A stretch of DNA of 64,000 nt. Source: a virus. Under the pieces are notes generated by a model. It saw only the letters and a program-made list of their open reading frames with translations. It made no database searches and was not told where the DNA came from. Made by a program: the position numbers and the translations under genes. The stretch lies in the IMG/VR virus record IMGVR_UViG_3300031741_000001, positions 17,828 through 81,827 of that record, one strand, 5' to 3'. Shown one piece after another: positions 1-10,030 of this stretch (position 1 is the stretch's first letter; the number at the start of each line of letters is the position of its first letter).

Positions 1-305
1 TCCCTAATTGGAATAACTGCTGACGGAGACCATCTAGCTCTGGTTCTATCAAGACCATTATCTATCGTTAGATCGCATCCTTTCTTATTGTTATTATCTA
101 TACACGCATCCGCACAGAAGTTAATAGCGGCAGCAGCTATCTTTTTCTTAACAGCCAAAACGGCATTCAGGGTTTCTTCATCGATAGCTTCACCGGCGAA
201 TATTTCTTTATACTGCTTTTTGCTAATGCTATACTTTAACGTCCCATCCTTCGGGGTCTTACCTACCAACTCCACATTCAAAAACTTTCTTTTCAAAGCG
301 CTCAT
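1..305 (-). CDS. hypothetical protein, 3' end runs off the window (MSALKRKFLNVELVGKTPKDG...)
   Basis: Manually translated open frame from the ATG at 305 to the window edge, directly downstream of ORF 308..1018; absent from the ORF track because it is truncated. Confidence 0.7.
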   Translation of the reverse strand, partial: MSALKRKFLNVELVGKTPKDGTLKYSISKKQYKEIFAGEAIDEETLNAVLAVKKKIAAAAINFCADACIDNNNKKGCDLTIDNGLDRTRARWSPSAVIPIR

Positions 306-307
306 AC

Positions 308-1018
308 TTACCCTACTTTCTTTACATTTAGTTTATTTAATTCGTCGGAGAAACTTTTCCCAATGTTTGTAATTCTGGTCGATGATATATTCGAAATCAA
401 AAAATCTTTTAATATAACTCGCACAGCTTGGAGAGTTCTTACATAGAGCTCCTCTTCCTTTAACCCCACCTGTTTTTTAATCGAAAATAATTCAAAACAA
501 TCGGTGATATAACCTTGAAGATATTTCGATCTCATTCTATACGCGTCATCTACTTTATTAAGACTAAGCAAAACTGATCTGAAGAAGGGATAGTTATTTC
601 GCTTACCTATCATTTTAGTATGTACGTGTTTTAGTACATCGAAGATAATTATTTTCTTACCCATAGACATTCTAAGGTTTGCAAACAGTTGTTTTAATTT
701 ATCACACGTCTCTTGAGTATTAAAGATCTTTTCGATATCAGCTACTAGTTTCTTTTGTTTTAATTGATATAGATACCGCTTTCTATATTCTAAAACTGCA
801 GAAACTAAAATGTAGTCATTTTTATCAATACTATCCGCAATAAAGGCACTCCCATCAGGGAAAATGCAATGTTGCACTAATCTATCCCCGAACGTTCGGC
901 AAACATATCTAATAGGAACAGCTAGTGATTCTAAAACAAAATCGTTACTGGTTCTAATTAGAGTGTTAAACTCATTATTCCACGAGCTTCTTAAATTTTG
1001 ATTTCCTACGTTTTTCAT
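308..1018 (-). CDS. hypothetical protein (probably early)
   Basis: 236-aa ORF downstream of an early-type promoter motif at 1073-1087. Confidence 0.7.
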   Translation of the reverse strand: MKNVGNQNLRSSWNNEFNTLIRTSNDFVLESLAVPIRYVCRTFGDRLVQHCIFPDGSAFIADSIDKNDYILVSAVLEYRKRYLYQLKQKKLVADIEKIFNTQETCDKLKQLFANLRMSMGKKIIIFDVLKHVHTKMIGKRNNYPFFRSVLLSLNKVDDAYRMRSKYLQGYITDCFELFSIKKQVGLKEEELYVRTLQAVRVILKDFLISNISSTRITNIGKSFSDELNKLNVKKVG

Positions 1019-1179
1019 GATGTGACTTTCTCTAATTTGTAGCTAAAATTATATGGGCTAGTTCGTCTATACTAATAATATATATTTAAAAAATTATTGA
1101 GATTTCTTAGTAGTTATTTTAAAGGTATTTTGTCTATATTATAGTATGATTGTATTAATTAAAACGTATTGGAGAGAAA

Positions 1180-3720
1180 ATGTATATTAGAAAAATATAT
1201 CTTAAAGATTATAAACCTTTAATAACAATTAGTAATATTCATGAGATTACTTTGATACTAGACGAGAGAAGCATCAATTGTGTGTTGGGGGATAACGGTA
1301 GCGGTAAAACGTCAATCCTTAAAGAACTCACCCCGTTTCCTCCAGTAAGCACTTCCTTCTTAAATACGGGTAAAAAAGAATTAGAGATTGTTCATGACGA
1401 AATAGATTATGTTATTAAAACGGATTTTAATAATAAAGAACATACTCATAGTTTTATGAGAGGGGCTGAGGAACTTAATATATCTGGGAAGAGTAATGTT
1501 CAATTAGATCTTTGTTTAAAGCATTTTGGATATTCTACTTTTATAGATAAGCTATTTTCTAATAATTTTAAAATATCAGAACTTAGGAAGCATGAACGTA
1601 AAGAATTATTCTTTAAGATATACCCTTCAGATATTACTTTTATTTCGGACACGTATAAAAAGGTCATATCGAAGATAAAAGAAATTAAAAGTAACATTAA
1701 AATGTTAGAAGATAGAAAATCAGATCTTAAAACTAGAATGATAAGTAAAGTTGAATATCGGAGTATGTTAAATGAGAAAGAAAATCTAGAAGCGATTAAT
1801 AACAACATAGATCAATTAATTTTTATTTTAAATTATTATAATGACGATAAAGGAAAACAGATAACCAATAGTCCAACCCTTAATGAACTTCAGAAATCTT
1901 CAAATCTTATATACAGAAGAATAACTGATCTTAAAAAACAAACTACTATCAATCTTACAAATAATCCAGAAAAAAGATTAGCTATTCTAGAAAGTAAAAA
2001 GGTTTTTCAGAATAAGAAATTTAAAGATCTACTTAACGATCTTGATAAAGAAAAAGAAGCTTTGAATAAATTGGAAGAATTAGATAGTATAGATTTAGTA
2101 GTTCTAATAAAAGAATTAGAGGATAATATTGATTCCAATACAACTTTCCAAAACGATCTTAATATAGATAAAACCATATCGGTTATAGTTGAGGATAGAT
2201 TAAGTGATTTTGCTTCTAGAGTTTTTGTTATCAGTAATCGATTGAGAGATATATCAGAAGATAATCTAACCTTTCTAGATCCCAAAGAAGCTAGCGATTT
2301 AAATAATGAAGCTTACTCCATATCTAAAGAGTTAGAGTTCTTTATTTCTAACAGGAATCAACTAGAAACTCAACTGGATAAAAAGCTTTCAGATCAGAAT
2401 AGAAGAACCCGATTTTCATACCCTAAAGAGTGCGAATTGAAATGTGGATTAAGAACTCACTTCAGTAAAATTAAAAAAGAAATACAAAGCGAAATAGACG
2501 TGTTTTGTGAAAAAAAGATTAAAATATCCAAAACTATTTTAGATTTGGAAACTCGTCAAAATGAGGTCAAAACCTTGCTCCAATACGTCTATATTACCGA
2601 GCCTATTTATGCAGAAATAAGCTCCATTTTATCCTCGTACACCTGCAAAAACTACGTACTTGAAGACCATCTTCTTAATATCGCACTTTCGCGAAGTCCG
2701 TTAAAAATAGCTTTTAAACTTAAAAAAATAATAGAGAATTCTAAAAACATTGTTCTATTTGAAAAAAAGAAAAATCAGATAAGTAAAGATTGCTATAAAT
2801 TAGATATACTGAAGAAAACTAAGCTTCCAGTTCAGGAACTTTTAAACTCCACCATCTTAGAAAAAAGAGCTATAATGGCTGAAAAAGAAATAGAATATTT
2901 AACTATTCAAAAGGAAATATTTATAGATGAAAAACACACTAATCTTTTAAAACAATTCACATCAAATAAGAAAGAGTTTGAAAACCTTAAAAAAGCTTTT
3001 GAGGAAACATCAATTTGTGAGATTCTTAAAAAAGAAATTCTATTTAATAAAAAGAAGATTGAAGAACTTTCTTTCTATAAGAAAAAGACAAACGCTTCTT
3101 TAAAAGTTCTAGATGATGAAGTTTTAGATCAGAAGAAAATAAGAATAAAGTTAAATGAAGAAATATTACCATCTCTTAAAAAATGCTATACTGAATTAAA
3201 TGATGTTGAAAATTTAGAAAAAGGATTATCTCCTAGTAGAGGGATTCCGCAGATTTATATAAGTCGACTTCTTAATTCCATTATAGAGATAGCTAACGAA
3301 TTCATTAAAGATATCTGTACATACCCGATGGAGATATCAACACTAGATGAGAATCAACTTTTAGATTTTAACTTCGCTGTTCTTTTCGATACCCATCCAG
3401 TTAGTGAAATTAAACTATGCTCAACTGCCCAAAAAAGAATAATAGATATATCTTTTACAATAGCGTTATGTGTCTTTACTAACATGAGTGAACATTTCGG
3501 ATTGAGGATAGATGAGATGGATAGTTTCTTAAATAATGCTCACACCGTTAGGTTAGCTGCCTTCTTAACTAAGACAGTTAAGAAATATAACATGACTCAA
3601 TTGTTTATGGTAGCCCAAAGAACTATTCTTCTAAACTCATTTAAAAAGGATAATATCTTCTGCTTAACCGACGGGATGTGTATAGATCAGAGCATGAATC
3701 CTAAGATGATCAAAAAATAG
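1180..3720 (+). CDS. sbcC: SbcC/Rad50-like SMC-family ATPase
   Basis: Walker A GDNGSGKT, long coiled coil with central Cys pair (CELKC, zinc-hook-like), ABC signature-like CSTAQ, Walker B LRIDEMD. Confidence 0.85.
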   Translation: MYIRKIYLKDYKPLITISNIHEITLILDERSINCVLGDNGSGKTSILKELTPFPPVSTSFLNTGKKELEIVHDEIDYVIKTDFNNKEHTHSFMRGAEELNISGKSNVQLDLCLKHFGYSTFIDKLFSNNFKISELRKHERKELFFKIYPSDITFISDTYKKVISKIKEIKSNIKMLEDRKSDLKTRMISKVEYRSMLNEKENLEAINNNIDQLIFILNYYNDDKGKQITNSPTLNELQKSSNLIYRRITDLKKQTTINLTNNPEKRLAILESKKVFQNKKFKDLLNDLDKEKEALNKLEELDSIDLVVLIKELEDNIDSNTTFQNDLNIDKTISVIVEDRLSDFASRVFVISNRLRDISEDNLTFLDPKEASDLNNEAYSISKELEFFISNRNQLETQLDKKLSDQNRRTRFSYPKECELKCGLRTHFSKIKKEIQSEIDVFCEKKIKISKTILDLETRQNEVKTLLQYVYITEPIYAEISSILSSYTCKNYVLEDHLLNIALSRSPLKIAFKLKKIIENSKNIVLFEKKKNQISKDCYKLDILKKTKLPVQELLNSTILEKRAIMAEKEIEYLTIQKEIFIDEKHTNLLKQFTSNKKEFENLKKAFEETSICEILKKEILFNKKKIEELSFYKKKTNASLKVLDDEVLDQKKIRIKLNEEILPSLKKCYTELNDVENLEKGLSPSRGIPQIYISRLLNSIIEIANEFIKDICTYPMEISTLDENQLLDFNFAVLFDTHPVSEIKLCSTAQKRIIDISFTIALCVFTNMSEHFGLRIDEMDSFLNNAHTVRLAAFLTKTVKKYNMTQLFMVAQRTILLNSFKKDNIFCLTDGMCIDQSMNPKMIKK

Positions 3721-3736
3721 TATATAACCAACTTAT

Positions 3737-4564
3737 TTGAAAGGGAGCAATATGCCAAATAGTACTATGGATGTGACGTTAACTAGGATACGTCATAATA
3801 TTCCTGAGGAGATCTTAGAAGTAGCTTTTGCAACAGAAGAAGATAATCTTTTAGAACGTGGACAGATTCCTCTATTAGAAAAGATTAAGAAAACAGTAAT
3901 TCGTGATAGATTGATGGTCGATTGTAATCTATTTGGAGGGACCAGTACAAAGATTCCTTTAGTCTTAGAGTATCATGAGAGAACGGCTGGGTTTTGGAAG
4001 GGGGGAGTTTACACCTCTCCATTATATTGTATCTATAGAATACCCCCAGAAGCTAGGAATGGGTTACCTATAGTAGCCGTTAACGGATTGTCTTTAAATC
4101 CTGGAACTGGAAACTTCTCCAGTGGTTGGGGTGGAGCGAGTATCTCAGGTATTGGTGGGGAAATTCTATCTTCTAGAACATTCGCTAACGAACCAGTATA
4201 CCCTATCCCTAAACTATTAGCTGGCGATTTGATAAAGCTTCAACCTGGACAGATGAGCCATATGGATTTTGTTCTTTCATGTAAACTATCTCACGATCCC
4301 GACTTCTCTAATATGGGAGCATCTGCTATCAATGTATTCGCCGAGTTAGCTCTATGTGCTGTTAAAGCGTATATCTATAATAAATTAAAAATAAAAATAG
4401 ATAAAGCTTTTATAAGTGGCGGATCTGAGATAACGTCATTTAAAGAGATAGTAGACGGTTACGCTGAAGAAAACACAAGATACTTAGAATTACTAGACGA
4501 GTATTTCGGCGCGTCATGTTTAGAACATGAAACACTCATGTCTTTGGCTCTCTTTATGGTCTAA
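3737..4564 (+). CDS. conserved phiKZ-like virion structural protein; true start probably at an internal Met (MPNS)
   Basis: IRHNIPEEILEVAF and AYIYNKLKIKID segments resemble the conserved jumbo-phage protein next to SbcC (recall, not searched). Confidence 0.55.
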   Translation: MKGSNMPNSTMDVTLTRIRHNIPEEILEVAFATEEDNLLERGQIPLLEKIKKTVIRDRLMVDCNLFGGTSTKIPLVLEYHERTAGFWKGGVYTSPLYCIYRIPPEARNGLPIVAVNGLSLNPGTGNFSSGWGGASISGIGGEILSSRTFANEPVYPIPKLLAGDLIKLQPGQMSHMDFVLSCKLSHDPDFSNMGASAINVFAELALCAVKAYIYNKLKIKIDKAFISGGSEITSFKEIVDGYAEENTRYLELLDEYFGASCLEHETLMSLALFMV

Positions 4565-4621
4565 GTCCAACTTAATCCTACATGTAGTTATTGTATAATT
4601 TTAATAAAAAAAAATAAAACT

Positions 4622-4654
4622 ACCATCTACATATCTTTAAGATATGTAGATGGT
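4622..4654 (-). terminator. intrinsic terminator hairpin between convergent genes
   Basis: 15-bp perfect inverted repeat ACCATCTACATATCT/AGATATGTAGATGGT with a flanking A-run. Confidence 0.8.
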
Positions 4655-4666
4655 GTTGGGTTTCTC

Positions 4667-4831
4667 TTATAATTTTCTTTTAACAATATTCTCTATTCTC
4701 CGCTGTAAATTTTTATTCTTTTTCTTCAAATTCTCTTTTTCTTTTTTAGATTCTTTAATCACGTGTTCTTGATAAAAGACATAAATTAAGATTGCAGTTA
4801 TTGGAATTATTACTGGAAGTAATTCTGACAT
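4667..4831 (-). CDS. small single-pass membrane protein, 54 aa (MSELLPVIIPITAILIYVFYQEHVIKESKK...), not in the ORF track
   Basis: Manual translation; GGAGA ribosome-binding site upstream; hydrophobic N-terminus followed by a Lys-rich tail. Confidence 0.65.
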   Translation of the reverse strand: MSELLPVIIPITAILIYVFYQEHVIKESKKEKENLKKKNKNLQRRIENIVKRKL

Positions 4832-4833
4832 TC

Positions 4834-5124
4834 TTATTCTCCCTTTTTAATAAATTTAAGTTGATTAAAATTAAAATCTTTTCCTAGATCGCATTCTCGG
4901 TGATCTAGGAAAAGAGAGGTATATGGGTATCCTTTGTATGTCCATCGTTTGGTTTCAGTATTAAAAATTATCGATCCTCCCCTACGGAGCTTCCGAGTAT
5001 TCTGAGATAAAAACCAATAGTATTCAGTATTCCGATCTGTCAAAACCCGCAGAGTATTTAAATTTGCTTCTAGGGATGTTTGATCTAAACACCCCACATA
5101 TTTTAAATACCGTAAAACTAACAT
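4834..5124 (-). CDS. hypothetical protein
   Basis: 96-aa ORF overlapping the upstream gene, in operon. Confidence 0.6.
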   Translation of the reverse strand: MLVLRYLKYVGCLDQTSLEANLNTLRVLTDRNTEYYWFLSQNTRKLRRGGSIIFNTETKRWTYKGYPYTSLFLDHRECDLGKDFNFNQLKFIKKGE

Positions 5125-5663
5125 TTGATATGACCTAAAAGAATTTTAGAGAACTCTTCCGATATTTCCTCTACGAGACTATACTGTAGTCGGCAGGGTC
5201 TCTTCTCTCTCAATACCTTAATGAACTTTTTCTTAATTATATCAATATCTATCTCTCCTATTTCTTTTTTAGGTATGGTTTTATAAATAGGTTTACCGAG
5301 AATATCTCCAAAGTGCCTACCCTGTCTAAAAATATCAGAGATTCCAATCTTCGTTTTTTCAGGAATTAGCATAGCTATAATATAGTTAGCTTTAATCTCC
5401 AACGGACTAATACCCATGTTTGTTACTACCACACCAATTTCATTAGAATCAGAAAGCTCTGGATATTTGAGGATTAGTGTTTTCTTTCCAAATTTTTTAG
5501 AAGGTGGTTTAGCGATGTGGAATTCTATTTTAGAATTCGGCTTCAAAGACAATCCGGTTCTTATAGTCGCTGAACTCTTTGGTAGAATAGTAACATTCTC
5601 CATCGAATACAACTCTAAGTGTTTACACACACTACTCATGACGTAATAGATATCGGTAACCAT
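5118..5663 (-). CDS. degenerate trimeric dUTPase-fold protein (catalytic motifs eroded)
   Basis: Scaffold pattern LELYS..VTILP...IRTGLSL...EIGVVVTN...EI...IAML matches dUTPase, but the RSG, G.ID.DY.G and C-terminal Gly-rich motifs are absent. Confidence 0.6.
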   Translation of the reverse strand: MVTDIYYVMSSVCKHLELYSMENVTILPKSSATIRTGLSLKPNSKIEFHIAKPPSKKFGKKTLILKYPELSDSNEIGVVVTNMGISPLEIKANYIIAMLIPEKTKIGISDIFRQGRHFGDILGKPIYKTIPKKEIGEIDIDIIKKKFIKVLREKRPCRLQYSLVEEISEEFSKILLGHIKC

Positions 5664-5665
5664 AC

Positions 5666-6088
5666 TTATATTCCCTTTATATATTTTATTCCATTGACTT
5701 CAGATATGCGTATTCGACATGCACTATTGATCGCTGTCTTATTTTTGAACGGACAAGTCCCAACATTACAGAGATGATTGCATATTTTCTTTTTATAGAA
5801 ATTAGCAAAAATGAAATCTAGTAATCTATCATTCACTCGCTGTATGTTTAGTTCATCGATTTTGGGTTCCATGATTTTACACACTAACTCTGGAGGAGTT
5901 TTTAGGGCTTTGGATATTTTCCTTCTAGCAAACCCGTGACCAAACAGGAATTTTTTTATTTTACCATAATTCATAAAAACTAACCTATCGTTACTTTTTC
6001 CCCAAAGTATGAAACCCGATTCGTTCTTACAGGATCCCCATGTGATTTTATTCTTTAACCTGGGGATCTCAATAGAGTTATCTTTCAT
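5666..6088 (-). CDS. hypothetical protein with a Cys-rich C-terminus
   Basis: 140-aa ORF in operon. Confidence 0.6.
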   Translation of the reverse strand: MKDNSIEIPRLKNKITWGSCKNESGFILWGKSNDRLVFMNYGKIKKFLFGHGFARRKISKALKTPPELVCKIMEPKIDELNIQRVNDRLLDFIFANFYKKKICNHLCNVGTCPFKNKTAINSACRIRISEVNGIKYIKGI

Positions 6089-6089
6089 A

Positions 6090-7895
6090 TCACTCCTTTA
6101 ACCATTTTTTAATGGATATTATTTCAATGCCATACTTAATAGCTTTTTTGGTTTTAGATGAAGTGCTATTCTCATCTGCCACTACTAAGAGATCAACATC
6201 TTTAGAAAGTCCACTAACTGGAGTGAATCCTTTATTCAACGCTATCTCTTCGAGTTCTTTTCTTGGTAATTCCATTTTCCCTGTAAAGACAACTTTAGGT
6301 CCGGTAGTTTTAGTCACAGTTCCTTTAATACCTTTAAGAGTTATCTGCGAGAGCTGTCTATCTATTAAGTCTTTATTTTCGGATAACCCATCCGATATTG
6401 TGAAAGACATTTCTTCGCCTAAATCTTTTATCTGCATTAAATCATCTTTTGTTTTAGTAAGTAGTTCGTTAAAAGACATAAAACTTAAAAGAACTTTTGA
6501 ACATCTTAGACCTATTCCATGGAATCCTAAAGATGCTAAATATTTATAATCTTCAATTACTCTAACACTCTGAATATTATTGAAAAGTTTAGTAGCTGAT
6601 TTTTCGCCATATCCTTCCAATTCAGATATATCTTTAATAGTTAGATTTAAAAGATCATCTATAGCTATCTTTTTAAATTTCTTTAAAATCTTTCTAAGAG
6701 TAGGGACTCCCAATTCTTCTATATCCAGTCTCTTTATCGATTTCAATGCTCTATTCAATACCATCTCCTCACACTCGTCGTTTAGACAAATAAGCTCTGT
6801 CCCTACTTCCATAACATCTCCTTTACAATAAGGACATGCTGTAGGGATATTCATATATCCTTTTCCCGTATGAATAACTTTAAGCATATGTGGAATTACA
6901 TCCCCAGCTCTTTCCACTTCTAGTCTATCAAGAACATGTATCATATTATCCTTTACATGTTTTAGATTATGGAGAGTCACATTCGTTATGGTTACTCCGG
7001 AGATAATTATAGGAGTTATCTTAGCTACTGGTGTTAGACAACTCGTTCCCGCTGTCCAATTGATATCCTCAATTGTAGATACTTTAGAAACCCCTGTGAA
7101 TTTAAAAGCTATCGCTCCCTTAGGGAAACTTCCAGTAGATCCTAATTCTTTATAATACGTATCGTCTTCAACCTTAACTACAACCCCATCTATCGGGTAT
7201 CCAGCGCTTTTAATAAGATTAACATGAATGTCCCATTCCTTTTTAAAGTTCTTCTTAGATACTCTAAAATGGAAATGATTGAAGTCTATTAAAGTTAATG
7301 GTTTAATATTAATATCGGAGATGTCTTTCATCCCTAAAATACCAGCTACAGCACTACGTTGGTTTTTATACTTTTCACCGTTGCTTCTTTTAAGTTGACT
7401 AAAATATTTATTATAATCAGCGTTAGTTATAATTATCTCCCCTCTAATTTTATGATCACAGCTACTTGAAAGGAATTTCAATATTTTAAGCTTATCAGAA
7501 ATATTCTGACTTTCGGTTCCTTGTCCTTTAGTAGTGAGCATCTTATTATTCAAAAAAGCACTTACCCCATCATACTTCGGTTGAATAAGAAATATTTCAT
7601 CTTTGGTTCTAGCTATTTGCTCTACCCAAGCCATCAAAGATTTTTTACCTTTAGGAGCATTATCAGCATGGTAAGTTTTATTCAAACTTAACATATCTTC
7701 ATCAATCGATCCCATCGAGTGCACTTTAGGAACTTGAGGTTTTAATAACGCGTTATCTGGGTCAAGATCTTCTAATTCTCTAAGTATAAAATCATACTCT
7801 ATATCTGTAATCTTAGGATCGCTATCTTCCCAATAAGCTTTATTATGCTTCTTTATTTCTTTTTCTAGTTTTTTAATATCGAAAACTTTTCCCAT
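6090..7895 (-). CDS. ligA: NAD-dependent DNA ligase
   Basis: Domain Ia Y...P.ITD.EYD, KYDG adenylation motif, RGE, DGVV.K, AFKF, RAGDVIP, C4 zinc finger, HhH repeats, C-terminal BRCT (VVFTG...SK..KA..YGI). Confidence 0.95.
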   Translation of the reverse strand: MGKVFDIKKLEKEIKKHNKAYWEDSDPKITDIEYDFILRELEDLDPDNALLKPQVPKVHSMGSIDEDMLSLNKTYHADNAPKGKKSLMAWVEQIARTKDEIFLIQPKYDGVSAFLNNKMLTTKGQGTESQNISDKLKILKFLSSSCDHKIRGEIIITNADYNKYFSQLKRSNGEKYKNQRSAVAGILGMKDISDINIKPLTLIDFNHFHFRVSKKNFKKEWDIHVNLIKSAGYPIDGVVVKVEDDTYYKELGSTGSFPKGAIAFKFTGVSKVSTIEDINWTAGTSCLTPVAKITPIIISGVTITNVTLHNLKHVKDNMIHVLDRLEVERAGDVIPHMLKVIHTGKGYMNIPTACPYCKGDVMEVGTELICLNDECEEMVLNRALKSIKRLDIEELGVPTLRKILKKFKKIAIDDLLNLTIKDISELEGYGEKSATKLFNNIQSVRVIEDYKYLASLGFHGIGLRCSKVLLSFMSFNELLTKTKDDLMQIKDLGEEMSFTISDGLSENKDLIDRQLSQITLKGIKGTVTKTTGPKVVFTGKMELPRKELEEIALNKGFTPVSGLSKDVDLLVVADENSTSSKTKKAIKYGIEIISIKKWLKE

Positions 7896-7935
7896 TATAT
7901 TTCTCCTTATAGTATAATATGGTATTTTTAAGTTA

Positions 7936-8145
7936 TTATTTACGTACGATACTAGTATTGATATCTAAAACCCCCGTAACCATATCGAGAATTATTTCTT
8001 TCTCCATGGTGTGTTTAGCGGGGAATAACTTTTTAAAAATAATATCTAAAGATTCTTGTAGTTTAGTAATATTTAATTTATCATCTTTAGTATTTTTAAG
8101 AATACAATTATTCGTCTCGGCTTTAAATAGCGCCTGCTTATCCAC
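7936..8145 (-). CDS. hypothetical protein
   Basis: 69-aa ORF coupled to the upstream ORF. Confidence 0.55.
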   Translation of the reverse strand: MDKQALFKAETNNCILKNTKDDKLNITKLQESLDIIFKKLFPAKHTMEKEIILDMVTGVLDINTSIVRK

Positions 8146-8450
8146 TATCTGCCTCTCGATAACTCTAAGTATTTTTTACTATATTTAAGATTCTTATAAA
8201 TCTTTTTAATATCTTTTCTAGATAGCTCACGAGAGGTCCTGACGGTCACATGCACCGAGTAGACACCGACACATTTTTCTTGGTGGATGCTGAAGCAGTC
8301 CCCATAGTTATTAAAACTATTTATTGTTCGAGCATCGTCTAAACGCATTCTTTTTGGATGTCCTAACTCTTTTAGTAAAACGCATATCTTTTTTATCGTT
8401 TTCTTTTTACTGATTATTATCATTTTTATTATCCTTATAAAGTTTAGCAT
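8145..8450 (-). CDS. hypothetical protein (start possibly at the second Met)
   Basis: ORF within the early cluster. Confidence 0.55.
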   Translation of the reverse strand: MLNFIRIIKMIIISKKKTIKKICVLLKELGHPKRMRLDDARTINSFNNYGDCFSIHQEKCVGVYSVHVTVRTSRELSRKDIKKIYKNLKYSKKYLELSRGR

Positions 8451-8838
8451 GTTCGGAAGAACAAAAACTATTATTATGATTTTTCTCTTTTCCGCAGTAA
8501 ATACAATAGCTTACCTTAGTTTTTGTTCTATGCCTTAACCCACTTAGCGGTCCTAGTGTGGGAGAATTAAGTCCTCCCAAAGAATCCATTATCGTTTCAA
8601 TTTTAGGTTTTTTATTCATTATCACTGCCTCACATTTTTTAAGTTGCTCATCGTTGGGATTATATCCAAGTAATACTACATCATATCTATTCCGTAAAGC
8701 TTCCATAACCATAGGAGTTGCTTTACCCGTTCCTATTATCCCTATTCGTGGCTTTCCGACTCCAGCCATAGCGAATTGAGGTTTAGGTAATTCATGCTCA
8801 TCTAACTTTACTAAGTTTTGTATAACATCGTCGTTCAT
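8407..8838 (-). CDS. hypothetical protein with a C-terminal CxxC...C..H zinc-ribbon-like motif
   Basis: YCIYCGK...FCSSEH. Confidence 0.6.
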   Translation of the reverse strand: MNDDVIQNLVKLDEHELPKPQFAMAGVGKPRIGIIGTGKATPMVMEALRNRYDVVLLGYNPNDEQLKKCEAVIMNKKPKIETIMDSLGGLNSPTLGPLSGLRHRTKTKVSYCIYCGKEKNHNNSFCSSEHAKLYKDNKNDNNQ

Positions 8839-8858
8839 AAATCTATATCCTTTAAGAC

Positions 8859-9560
8859 CTAAGTCTTAGATTTTTTCAATACTATTCCATATCTCCAGTT
8901 GCCGTACGGATGTTCTAGCGTAGGGGCTAAGAAGTCGTCTATACTAGTTCCTCCGTAAGAAATTCCAATCGCATTAAAAAGTTCTTCATTTCCCCAATCC
9001 TTTGGAGGATGCCCTCCCATGCATGGAAAGATATGTTCTTTTTTAAGTTCCTCCATAGTCTTGCTTTTAGGATAACAAACAAAATCAAAACGCTGGTTTA
9101 TGTTTTTTAAAAACAGTTCATCAGCAGTAGGTTCTCTTTCAGTTTCAATAACTGGTGTCATGAAAGGGAATTCAATATTGATACGTTTCAGTTCTTGTTT
9201 TAAGATATTAGCCATTATAGCTAACGAGCTTTTAGGCATTGAAAGACTTCTAAAATCTTCTATTTTTAAAAGATCTGATACCGTGTACTCTCCAGCTGAT
9301 TTATCAGGAGTAGTATCTTCAATATCTTTAATAATTCTATATGTTGTAGAGATTGCGTGAGATCCCATCTCTCCCAAAGTAATACACGCTATAGTATTCT
9401 TAATGAATCCTACTCTAACTACAGTCTGTATTACTCCTCCCTCAGATCTATGTATAGCAATACATGTGTATTTCTCGTTTAGTTTAAATTCTTTAAATAG
9501 TTTATTGCCATTTTTCTTTAACCATTCCGATATATATTCAAGTTTTTCTCCAGTATCCAT
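8859..9560 (-). CDS. hypothetical protein
   Basis: 233-aa ORF with GGAG ribosome-binding site. Confidence 0.7.
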   Translation of the reverse strand: MDTGEKLEYISEWLKKNGNKLFKEFKLNEKYTCIAIHRSEGGVIQTVVRVGFIKNTIACITLGEMGSHAISTTYRIIKDIEDTTPDKSAGEYTVSDLLKIEDFRSLSMPKSSLAIMANILKQELKRINIEFPFMTPVIETEREPTADELFLKNINQRFDFVCYPKSKTMEELKKEHIFPCMGGHPPKDWGNEELFNAIGISYGGTSIDDFLAPTLEHPYGNWRYGIVLKKSKT

Positions 9561-10030
9561 TAGAATGTACTCCTGTCTATTTCCGAGAATCGCTCGACCG
9601 TTTTAGGATATTTAATCTTTAAAATTTTACAAATTAAATCTAGACTATCTTCGAAGATAGCTTCATCGTCAGAATCTCCAAAACCAGTATTGCTGTATTT
9701 TTTAAAAATTTCATCTAACTTTTTCTTAGCGTCTGTATCATTAATAACTTTTGGTTTTGGAAAGACTTTATTATGAATTATCTTATTCCAGTCCCACGCC
9801 AATTCGTGTTTTTTAAAACTAAAATTCTTTTTAACTTTAGTTCTTATTCCCCGTAAAGATATTCTAGTATGGATTTCTTCTTCTCTAACGGTTTCGAAAA
9901 TAAGTTCACCATCTTCTATTTTTATATAATTTAGAGTATATCCGCAACTGAGATATATCGGATAATTGATGCTATCGGGATCTTCTTTGACTTTTTCAGT
10001 TATTTCTTTTAATTCTCTTTTATATTTCAT
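9560..10030 (-). CDS. hypothetical protein, probable paralogue of 10027..10482
   Basis: Shared segment EI..[KR]V...P[DE]SI.YPI.L and C-terminal [YF]PKT..R. Confidence 0.7.
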   Translation of the reverse strand: MKYKRELKEITEKVKEDPDSINYPIYLSCGYTLNYIKIEDGELIFETVREEEIHTRISLRGIRTKVKKNFSFKKHELAWDWNKIIHNKVFPKPKVINDTDAKKKLDEIFKKYSNTGFGDSDDEAIFEDSLDLICKILKIKYPKTVERFSEIDRSTF

